Below are positions 11,547-22,020 of a stretch of 64,000 nt of DNA, in pieces; position 1 is the first letter of the stretch, and each line of letters opens with the position of its first letter. The stretch lies in contig NC_058368.1 in the NCBI RefSeq assembly GCF_018350175.1, positions 83,020,001-83,084,000 on the forward strand, read 5' to 3'. The notes under the pieces were generated by a model, which was given only the letters and a program-made list of their open reading frames with translations, had not been told where the DNA came from and did not search any database. Both the position numbers and the translations under genes were made by a program. Origin of the DNA: Felis catus (Eukaryota).

Positions 11547-12954
11547 AAAAGAATCATAAACAAATACCAAATTTAAGCAAGATTAACCCAGGTTATAGGT
11601 CTCTAAATGTGAATTATTTCTATTCTTATCTGTATATTTCAAATATTTCAAGCCATATTAAGCATTTTTCTTTTATTAAAGCAGTCTAAATTTGAAGTGT
11701 ATACCTTCTGTCTATTTATCAGTTTGATAAGATGCTATAAACTTGGAGATAATTATCTAGCTGGATCTTTTGAATTCTTATAGACTATCCAGAAGAAATC
11801 CCTCTTCACAGAGGGAGAATAATCCACTATCATATCATGGACATAAAACATGACATGAAATGTGTTATCTCAACATATTTTTACTTTCTTAATATTATAA
11901 AACACACTTTTATGATATTTCTGAAACATATGCCAGGTTCATTACAATGAATGCTATAGTGATCATATTCTGAAGTGAATATTTGTGCTTTTCTTTAATA
12001 CTGATAAATCAGTCTAATTTTCATTTGTGAGCTTGAATGAACCCATTGTGGCTTCATGTCTTTATATTCAGACAGAAGGAGACAGTGTCATACTGTTAAA
12101 ATCTTATATATAACTGGTAACTATTATTTATCAAGCATATGCTGGCTATAGTTAACTGGTTTGGTGTACAATTCATACAGAGGACACTTTATTGCTTATG
12201 AGACTTATTCCTCTACCAAGTATTACCGTGGAAACCACACTGCTTTGTTTGAATTGTTAATAAAGGTTTCTTACTAATCTCAGAGAATTTTCCTCAATTC
12301 CCCCAATAAATCAAGGATCTAACTAACCATAACTTCTAAGGGGAAATATAAAGTTTTAACACTTGGTAATTGGAGGCTATTTAACAAGGCTCTCTGGGCT
12401 CTTGATTTAGCCACTCATTAAAAATTTTTCACTTCGATGCCAAAAGCCTGATATAATAAGCCCCTGAACGCTGCTCTTTCAATTAAGGCCTTTCTCTTCC
12501 ATGCTTAGAGTGCATAAGTTTCTATAAATAGTGCTTTGATGTCATTGTTAGTGAATATCATCCCCACTAATGTAAGAGGGGGGAAAAAAGTGAGTTAAAG
12601 ATCATAATTTGTCTAGATTTCCAGGCAGTTGGAAGTGCCCTTAAACCTCTGTTTACCAATTTTATTGATATATTGAGTAGCAGAATACTGCACAATCTTT
12701 CTTAACACATTTTTAAACCGTGTCTAAATAAAATCACAGATATTTAACAGATTATATTATAGGCCCAACAAACCTGATATTGATTTGGAGGGCTTCTATG
12801 GCAATCTCCCAAATCTAGGAGGCCAGGGAAATTCCATTATTTCTAGTCTGTTTTTGCTTCTTAATAATTTAATACGTGAAAACTTGAAGGAATGAAACAA
12901 GAATCTCTTAGACAATCTTAGTCAATCGTTTATTTCAATTGCACCATGTTTGTA

Positions 12955-13051
12955 AAAAGAAAGGGAGAAAGAAAGGGAAGAAAGAAAGAAAGAAAGAAAA
13001 GAAAGAAAAAGAAGAGACAGAAAGAAGAGAAAGAAAGAAAAGAAAGAAAGG
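12955..13051 (+). repeat. (GAAA)n microsatellite
   Basis: Directly visible in the sequence. Confidence 0.95.
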
Positions 13052-13307
13052 CTATCAAACCAGTGTTATTCTGAGATCATTTTCAACTCTTAGGTGATTT
13101 ACTATATTACTGATATATTCAGTAACAGTGATAGGTAGGCATTGGTAGAGTGGTAAAACATTGCAGATTAATTTAAATCGTGTAATAGGAATCCAAGGAC
13201 ACAGAACCTTGACTTTACTTTCTGGTTCTCCACAGCTAATCACATAAATGACTTCTCTGATAGAAATAGACACAATACTGAATGCTAGGCAAAAAAGACC
13301 TGCTCCC

Positions 13308-13786
13308 TTATGTTTATAGCAGTATTATTTACAATGGTCAAGACATAAAAGCAGCTTAAGTCCATTGATTAATTCATAAAGAGTAAGTGATATACACAAT
13401 GGAACACAATTCTGCCATAAAAAAGGATGGAAACTTGCCATTTGCAATGACATGGATGGAATTAATTTCATGCCTATCAGTACACCAATCAGAAAAAGAA
13501 AGTTAATATATAACTTCACTTATATTTGGTATTTCAGAAACAATTCAAAGGAGCAAAGGGAATGATAGAGGCAAATAAAGAAACAGACCTTTATTTATAG
13601 ACAAAAAACTGATGGTTACTAGTGGGGAGAGGTGTGGGTGTATGGGTTAAATAAGTGTTGGGGTTTAAGGCATGCACTTGTCCTGATGTGGTGTATGGAA
13701 GTTTTGAATAACTATATTGTACACCTGAAATTAATACAACACTGTATGGTAACTAGTAGGGATTAAAATAAAAACCTCAAAAAAAA
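13308..13786 (+). mobile_element. Older carnivore LINE-1 3' end
   Basis: ATGTTTATAGCAG..ACATGGATGGAA..TGTACACCTGAAATTAATACAACACTGTATG followed by an A tail. Confidence 0.9.
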
Positions 13787-13806
13787 GGTCATGTCAAAAA
13801 ATAGTG

Positions 13807-14011
13807 TTTTTTAATGTTTATTTATCTTTGAGAGACAGAAAGAGAGACAGAGTGTGAGTGAGGGAGGGGTAGAGATAGAGGAAGATACAGAAATTGAAGC
13901 AGGCTTCAGGCTCTGAGCTTTCAACACAGAGCCCAGTGTGAGGGTTGAAGTCACAAACCGTGAGATTATGACCTGAGACAATGTTAACAGATTGAGCAAC
14001 CCAGGCGCCCC
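13807..14011 (-). mobile_element. Can-SINE
   Basis: Reverse complement of the consensus, ending CCCAGGCGCCCC. Confidence 0.95.
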
Positions 14012-14049
14012 CCTCCAAAGTAATAAAATTTAAAAATGATTATGTCACA

Positions 14050-14545
14050 TGATGTTTTTCTTGCATTGTATATTTTTTATGTATCACATTCACTTATTTG
14101 CATAAATTAAATCACTTTTGAATCCCAGGGATGGATAACACTTTATCATGGTGTAAAATCTTTTTAATGTGCTATTGAATTCCACTTTGCTAGTATTTTA
14201 TTGGGAAAAAAAAGTACATATATGTATTAGGCACTTTGCCTGTAGTTTCTTTTCCTGTACTGTCCTTATCTGTCTTTGGTATCAGGATAATGCTGTCTTG
14301 GCAAAGTGAGTTTAGAGGTGCTCCTTCCTCTTCATTTTTCTTGAAATATTTTGAGAAGGATTGACATTAATTCTTATTTAAACATTTGGTAGAATTAAGG
14401 CATGAATAAATCTTGTCCTGGGCATTTTGTTGGGAGTTTTGTGATTACTGATTCAATCACCATATGCATTATTAATCTCTTCAGATTTTCTTTTTTTCAT
14501 GACTTGGTAGTTTTTCTAGGAATTTATCCATCTTCTTCAAGGTGG
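14050..14545 (-). mobile_element. Old LINE-1 ORF2 fragment (pre-RT/RT start)
   Basis: Degenerate homology to 6240-6700. Confidence 0.85.
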
Positions 14546-15078
14546 TATCTTTCAGTGGACACATTATATTAGTTTTTATATTGTTCAAATGTGTTAATAA
14601 TATTCTTATGAATTACTCTTTATAACTTATTTGATAGATTTCTTTCAACTATGACATAAAAATAGTTGCGTATAACTTATAATAAATGTTTATTTTTTAT
14701 TTTGAATATGTCCTTTTAATCTAAGTTGATTTTATATATTGTTCACTAGGAATAAAGTTTATTTTTTCTTCTTATGGGTATTTTCTTCAACATCCAAAAA
14801 TGTTAAGTGCAGATATAATTGTATTAAAAAAGTTATATCATTTGAATTAGGTTAATTATAATAAAAATTAGACACAATAATTTATAATATCTTACAACTA
14901 AATGACATTTGTTTATTTTTCATGTAGTAGTGCTGGAAGAGTGAGTAGGTACTTCTTCTTAATGACATTTCAGGGACCTAAGAAGATAGAGCCTCTCCCC
15001 AGGTTTTCATGCATCAATCTCAAATGCAACAGTTGCAAGGAGTACTATGTGGAGAGGAACACCACACAGAACGTGTCC

Positions 15079-15205
15079 CCTTTCTCTCTCCCTTCTTCCT
15101 TCCTTCCTTCTTTCCTTCTTTCCTTCCTTCCTTTTTCCTCTATTCCTTCTTTTTTCTCTTTCTTTTCTTTGTTCTTTCTTTCTATTTATATTCTTTCTTT
15201 TTTTC
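15079..15205 (+). repeat. (TTCC/TTTC)n pyrimidine tract
   Basis: Directly visible in the sequence. Confidence 0.9.
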
Positions 15206-15659
15206 TGAAGTTTAGCTATATTTTAATTTTCAGCAGAAGTTTTCAAGTATAAGACAATTATGTATAAAAAAGGAGAAACTAGCATAACCCACAAAATCTT
15301 GTTTCATATATGTCCACCCAACATTGTACACTTAAATGATATGGGGTATTTAAAGCAAATCTTAGACATCTTATATATAAAATTTATAACTCTTCCTTTT
15401 TTTACAAAAACATGGTACTTTATTATGATAAGAAAATTAATATTTCTATAATGTCATCTAATATCACATTCTTAATCATATTTCTCAATTGTCTTAAAAA
15501 TCATGTGTTTTTCATTTTTTTTGTTTTTGTTTTTGTTTTTTTTTTGGCAGTTGGCTTATTTAGATCAGGATATAAAATTCACATGTTGCAATGGTTTGTT
15601 ATGCCATTTGATTCTTCCTTAGCTTTTTTTTTGATATAATAATTTCCAAATTATACCAT

Positions 15660-16023
15660 CAGTCTCAAATACATCCCTTTGACTTCCAGGAAAGGTCACT
15701 GCATTCATGTGTACGTAACTTTGAAAATCAAGGAATAAACATTCCTCCTGCCCCACCCCAGTAAAGAAGTTCTCAACCAACCTTTGGTGAGAGTCAGGAT
15801 GTATGTCCATTCCCACTGGCAAGGGTGATTCTAAGGAGGGTGTGCTTTATACACTTTTCCAGAAATGACTCATTGAATTAAGCTGCATTCCCACACTTTT
15901 GTACATTGCTTCATGATTAGTTAACTCTCCTTATTTGTATCCATTCCTTATGCCTCAACTCTCAGTTAAACTTATATCAGATCTTCAACTTAGATCTGCT
16001 TCTGTGGAATCCCAACTAAGACA
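15660..16023 (+). mobile_element. ERVL-type solo LTR remnant (LTR16-like)
   Basis: Ends in TCTGCTTCTGTGGAATCCCAACTAAGACA, matching the recalled LTR16-family terminus. The 5' limit is uncertain. Confidence 0.6.
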
Positions 16024-17088
16024 AAGTTGACACTCTCCAGTCTGGGATAATTTTATTTATTTCTTAGAGACATATAATCCTATAGAATGCTTCATATTTG
16101 TATTTGGCTGACTACACCATTAGTGTGTTTTTCAACTTGATTTGATCTTTATACTTTCTGAATTTTTGTTATAAATATTTTTATTTCTGTTAAATAATTG
16201 GCTTGAGTAGCTTCTGATTCAAATTTGCCATCAAATGTACTCTGAAATACATCAAATGTACTTCAGAGTCAATGCTGGGTACTTCCTATGGGATCTCATG
16301 AGGATCTGGTTTCCAATTCACTCACTCTTACTGATACCACTTTTGATCAATAGATTAATCTATTATAACTTTGGTCAATAATTAGTAAATACCCCTCTTA
16401 TAAATTCACTAATGATATGAAGAGACATAGATGGTTGTTGCCTAGATCCATGATTTAATCAACACAGCAAGATTATTTTTGCAAATTCTGTAACTTTTTC
16501 TGCATTTTATAATGAAAACTTTCTCTAACAATTATTTGGTCACACTAATAAAACACATGTGGTATAGACAAGATATGTGTCCCCCAGTAGTGAATAATAC
16601 TCCTAGTTGGGGGAGGGAGGATCATTAGGAACTGTGACATTCATTAAAATTAAACCGCTATGATTATTATATTTGCATCATCATCAAATTATCCTATACT
16701 TGGCCAGTTGAATCCCTTCAAGTTGACTCCAATTTCCTGTGACCTAACTTTGTTACTCTTTGGAATTGTTTTGCTTTCTGAAAAAGAAGGTGTTTTATGG
16801 TGTTTGTGAGAAATTTCTTAAAAAACAGTAGTTGACATTCCTAACAATTGCATCTACACATCACATTTTTGAAACTGTGCTCATTGTTACTGTTACTCAT
16901 TGCAATGGTTTCTAAACTTCTGCAACAGAGAGTTTAAAATATGTATCATCTAGAAAAAAAGATACATCACGGTTTTACATTGTATTTCTAATTGAAATTA
17001 AGATTCTATAATTTCAAATAAAGTATTTGATTCTCCATGTGTGGTATATTTTATCTTACCATGAAAAGTTTGCTTCTTAAAACTATTA

Positions 17089-17311
17089 GTGAGGCACCTG
17101 AATGCGCAGTCTTTTAAGTGTCTAACTTTGGCTCAGGTCATGATCTCGTGGTTTGTGGGTTCAAGCCCCACAATGGGCTCTGTGCTGACAGTTCAGAGCC
17201 TGGAGCTCACTTCTGATTCTGTGTCTCCCTCTCCCTCTGCCCCTCCCCCACTCATGGTCTGTCTCTCTCTCTCTCACACACACACAAATAAACATTAAAA
17301 TTAAAAAAAAA
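17089..17311 (+). mobile_element. Can-SINE
   Basis: Consensus body and (CT)n(CA)n tract. Flanks AAAA(C)TATTAG. Confidence 0.95.
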
Positions 17312-17863
17312 TATTAGCATTAATTGCTTTTCTTTACAGTATGAGTGGTACTACTAAAAATAAGACTACTTAATGTAATGTATATTTGTTATTATTTTGT
17401 CTTTAGAATATATTTCACTAGCCTGTGTTTAGGATACTGAATTTGCAATTCTTATTTGTATTGATTTTGCCATCAACTTTTCTATTTCAGGTAAAATATC
17501 AAATGTAAAGCCCAAAATTACAACACTTATATCAAGATATTTTCTCATAAATGGCTGCTCATTTTATGGTTATGCATTATTTTGTTATTATATTTTTAAC
17601 TTATCTTTTCTCTTTATTTTGATCAATCTAAATTTTCCAGCCTTTGATTTTTTGGGAACCTTCTATTGTGTGTTTTCCTTAATTGCATGTTTCTACTCTT
17701 ATGCTTGCTATTCCATTCCATCTTATTCTTTTGTAGATATTTTGCTGAATTTCCCATTATGCAGATTAATATTTATCTCAGGTTTATATTACTTTCCATT
17801 TATAATATGTGTATGTAATTCTGTATAATTTCTGTTTAAAATTCCTTATTTAAATCACACACA

Positions 17864-18205
17864 TTTTTAAAAATTATATTATTTGTTGAAGTATACCAAA
17901 TACAGGAAAAATGCACACTTTAGTGATGATTTTTCATAAAATGCACACATCTATATTAAAAAATATCTCACAATTTGTAAAAAGCAACAAGCATGTTTTC
18001 TAAAAATCAATAAACACCCATCCTCCCAAAAGAAACATTTTAATAAATTCCAAACAATGACAGACTCATATTGCTTCTATTCAAATTTGCATTAGTAGAA
18101 AGATATACCATACATCCCTTTTTTCATGGACTCCTCAGGCAAATATTTTATTTGTGACAATCATTCATGCTTTGAAATTATAAGTTTCATTATTTACATT
18201 ATTTT
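17864..18205 (-). mobile_element. Ancient L1M 3' end remnant
   Basis: T-rich start and TTGAAGTATA..AAAATGCACA motif typical of old L1 3' ends. Confidence 0.5.
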
Positions 18206-18219
18206 AGAGTAGCACCTAC

Positions 18220-18510
18220 CACTGCTGTAAATATGAGACCCACAAATGCTAGTCACAAATATAAGGTTTATTATCTGTGCAACCACTTTAAATAAGAATA
18301 AAGCAATGGTAAGCGAACGTCATTTACTCCAATATATCCCAAACATTGACATTTCAGTGCATAATTATTGCAAAGTTTTACTGAGATTTTTTTATATTAT
18401 TTTTAAATATGTAGTTTTAGCAATGTAGTGTGAATTTTACACTGGTACTATATCTCAATTATGACTGATCATATTTCAATTTCTCAATAGTTTTATAATG
18501 CTGGAGTGTG
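18220..18510 (+). mobile_element. MER33-like hAT-Charlie non-autonomous DNA transposon
   Basis: CCAATATATCCCAAACATTGACATTTCA..GTGTGAATTTTACACT..ATCTCAATT..CATATTTCAATTTTCTCAATAG follows the recalled MER33 consensus in order. Confidence 0.7.
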
Positions 18511-19319
18511 AAAACTCTACAGTGTAAAAGTTAAGGGTGCTCATTGCTCAAACTCTAACACGATTTATGTATATATTTAATTTGTTTTCATCTTTCATGA
18601 GGTATAATTAATATACACAATCCTGCTAATAATTAATGTATAAAATTTAGTGAATTTAGGCATATGCAATGGGTATGTTTATTACTTGGATTCTGGGGAT
18701 GGTAACACAAGTGTACATTTGATTATTGACATACATTTAGGCTTTTTAGAGTTTGAAACTATCATAATAAATGATCGACATTCATATCTGTGTCTTGGTA
18801 CATATCATGAACCATAAGGTTTTTATGTGTTCAAATTCAATAGATGTCAAATATATTATATTACTTTTTTATTTCTATCAGTAGATTACTAGTGTTATCT
18901 AAACTACAGTATCTATTAAAATATCTTAAAATACATACAGTATAATAATTGAAAACAATTCTCAGAATACAAAGAATTCCTAAAGAGGGAAGTTAACAAA
19001 CTCTTTACTTATCCTGAGAATAAGGTATGAGGAGAAATAATTTTTGCATATATGAATATTTATAGTCATAGATTGTATTTAGACAAAAATAACCAAGGAA
19101 TTAGGTGATTTTAAGAGAGTATAAATGAATAATTTCAAAAAAGACAATTTTAGTATTTTAGAATATAGAACCCTGAAGTAACACACCCATTAGAGGACAC
19201 TTATGGTCTTTAGTAGAATGAATATTTGCCTGTAGAAAACATTAAGCACCTCACTACACACATATAATAATGTTAGTATAAGTAAATGTGTTAATCTGAG
19301 AAATATTACATCTTTAATT

Positions 19320-19428
19320 ATACATATGTATGTCATGAAATATATGATATTTCATATATACCTATTGTGTATACATATATGTATACACATGTATATGTGT
19401 ATATACGTATATGTATATACATGTACAT
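19320..19428 (+). repeat. (TA/TG/CA)n low-complexity tract
   Basis: Directly visible in the sequence. Confidence 0.85.
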
Positions 19429-19517
19429 AGTTGGTAAGTATTTATATTTAATAAAATGTACAGTTAAAAAGTTAGATTCATATAACCAAAAAGTTCCATA
19501 CTCTAAAACATTTTCAG

Positions 19518-19577
19518 TCACTGAATCAAATAATAAAAACATTATAATCACTGAATCAAATAATAAAAACATTATAA
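19518..19577. repeat. Perfect 30-bp tandem duplication
   Basis: TCACTGAATCAAATAATAAAAACATTATAA occurs twice. Confidence 0.97.
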
Positions 19578-19752
19578 TAATAATATTTCTTTATTGTTAG
19601 AATATTTGATGTTATTTTGAAGTGAAAGCATATCCACTTAAAAACTTTCCCTGTTGAAGTTAAGTAAATTAATCAATTCAGTATCATTAACCCAAATTCA
19701 AAGTTAAAAGTAACTTTATTACTAAAGTTTTTACTTAAATAACTCTAAATTT

Positions 19753-19958
19753 GGGGTACCTGGTGGCTCAGTTGGTTAAGTGTGAAACTCTTGATTTCTG
19801 TTCAGGTCATGATTTTACATTTCATGAGTTTGAGCCCAACATTGGGCTCCACACTGAGAGTGGAGACCCTGGTTGGGATGCTTTCTCTCTCCCTCTTTCT
19901 CCTCCTCTCCCTTTGAATGCTCTCTCTCTTAAAAATAAATAAACTTCAAAAAGAAAAA
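19753..19958 (+). mobile_element. Can-SINE (older)
   Basis: GGGGTACCTGGTGGCTCAGTTGGTTAAG head, CT tract and tail. Confidence 0.93.
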
Positions 19959-20218
19959 TTTTAAGTTTATTGGTGTAAAGAGTGCTCTTCAAATTTTTTT
20001 GTAGAGTTTGCAATTTATATAACCCTGATGAAGAAAGTTAAATTATTCTACATAGAAGATGTAAAATTATAAAATTTATATGATTATATTTATAAACTTT
20101 CAGGTTTTTCTAGCCAGATCAAAAATAAATATTTCTTTTTTGGAGCTTCAAATTTAGCTGATGCATACATAGTATACTTCTGATAAAATATAAGCACTGT
20201 CATTTGTTGTCTTAATTA

Positions 20219-20428
20219 TTTATTTAAAAAATAATGTTTATTTTTGAGAGACAGAGACAGATCATGAGCAGGGGAGGGTAGAGAGAGAGGGATACACAGA
20301 ATCTGAAGCAGGATCTAGGTTCCGAGCTGTCAGCACAGAGCCCGAGTTGGGGATCGAACCCATGAACTGTGAGATCATGACCTGAGATGAAGTCAGACAC
20401 TCAACCGACTTAGCCACCCAGACACCCC
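20219..20428 (-). mobile_element. Can-SINE with TSD
   Basis: TSD TGTTGTCTTAATTA at 20205-20218 and 20429-20442. Confidence 0.96.
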
Positions 20429-20569
20429 TGTTGTCTTAATTAATTAAATGTATGCTATATATTATAATATATACTTGATTTCAAGATCTTGGATTGGAGT
20501 AAAAGTACAGTAAATCTTTGTAAAACTCTTCAATGACAGTCATCAAACACCAACTAAAGACTCAAGATT

Positions 20570-21050
20570 TAATTTTTAATTTTTTTGATCTCATGTTTTT
20601 ATTTAAATTCTAGTTAGTTAACATTTATGGTAAAACTGAGTTCAAGTGAGAAATTTAGTGATTCATCAATTGCATGTAACATCCAGTGCTCATCACAAGT
20701 GCCCTCCTTAATAACTATCACCCATGTAACCCATCCCATTCCCACCTGCCTCCCTCAACCTTCAGTTTGTTCTCTATAGTTAAGAGTCTATTATGGTTCA
20801 CTCTCTCTCTCTGTGTCTCTGTGTCTCTCTGTCTCTGTCTCTGTCTCTCTCATTTTTTCCCTTCCTCTATGTTCATTTGTTTTGTATCTTAAATACCATA
20901 TATGATTGTAATCATGGTATTTGTATTTCTCTGCCTGACTTATTTCACTTAGCATAATACACTCTATTATTTTCATGTCATTGAAAATGGCAAGTTTTCA
21001 TTATTTTTTATGGATGAGTAAGTAATATCCCATTATATATACCAAATATT
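20570..21050 (-). mobile_element. Carnivore LINE-1 3' end
   Basis: 3'UTR homologous to 25450-25850. ORF 20791..20976 includes IMLSEISQ. Confidence 0.9.
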
Positions 21051-21477
21051 CATTTCCCCAGTATTATTTAATTATCAATTCCTATTCTGATATTAAATTA
21101 ATTGAATATTAATTTTAATTCATTGGTGATGAATCATAACATTTACAAGCATAGACAATGAATTTAACACTTATATGCATAACACATAGATTATAGTTCA
21201 GAAATTTGAGCATAAATATCTTAAATATGTATCACATAGAAGAATAATGGAAATAAGGAAATATTACCATATTTTAAATTCCAACAAATCTAGAGTTTTT
21301 ACTCTGACATGGCTCAAACAACTTTTGCTATGGTAAAAGCTTGTGTTTTTGTTTTGTTTTATTTTGTTTTGTTTTGCTTTATATTTCTTTTTGGCAAAAA
21401 TTGTTTGTGAAAGAGAAAATCATCCTTGTTATAGTAATCTAAATTTGTCCACAATTTTTTAAATTAGAAAATATTTT

Positions 21478-21999
21478 CTTCTGCAGATTTCTTCACTGGC
21501 TTGTTTTTTGGGGTATTAAGTTTGATAATTTCTTTATAGATTTTGGATACTAACATTTTATCTGATATGTAATTCGCAAATACTTTTTTCCCATTTCATC
21601 AATTGCCTTCTAGTTTGACTGATTGCTTCCTTCCTTGTGCAGGAGATTTTCTCTTAATGAAGATCCACTAGTTAATTTTTGCTTTTATTTCCCTGCCTCC
21701 AGAGACATATCTAGTAAGAAGTTGCTGCAGCCGAAGTCCAAGAGGTTGCTGCCTTTGTTCTCCTCAATTTTGATGGTTTTCTGTCTCACATTTATGACTT
21801 TCATCCATTTTCTTTTAATTTATTGTATGGTGTAAGAAAGTGACCCAATTCCATTCTTCTGCATGTCAACGTCCAGTTTTACTAGCACAATTTGCTTAAG
21901 ACACTGTCTTTCCCATGATGGATCACTAACTTCTACCTCTGAAATGAGTAGTACACTGTGTTACCTAAGTTAAATATAAATAAATACTTTTTTAAAAAG
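21478..21999 (+). mobile_element. Short 5'-inverted LINE-1 (antisense ORF2 piece 21478-21915 plus sense 3' terminus 21916-21999)
   Basis: Orientation switches near 21915. Candidate TSD GAAAATATTTT at 21467-21477 and 22000-22010. Confidence 0.8.
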
Positions 22000-22020
22000 G
22001 AAAATATTTTTGGTATTTCT

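Larger units (their letters stand above)
15240..17500 (-). mobile_element. Ancient L1MC-like 3' region, interrupted by an LTR and a SINE
   Basis: Recalled L1MC4-type motifs, e.g. TGGCCAGTTGAATCCCTTCAAGTTGACTCC..TTGCTTTCTG near 16700-16780 and CACATGTTGCAATGGTTTGTTATG near 15580. Confidence 0.65.

Noticed and set aside
12067..12121. Possible micro-exon (TTCAG...GGTAA)
   Set aside because: Such splice-like motifs are frequent by chance, and there is no neighbouring exon or coding signal.
13185..13260. MIR remnant
   Set aside because: The similarity is too weak to call by eye.
14902..15252. 116-aa ORF (and similar at 33948..34289, 19333..19600)
   Set aside because: Open only because of low-complexity microsatellite sequence.
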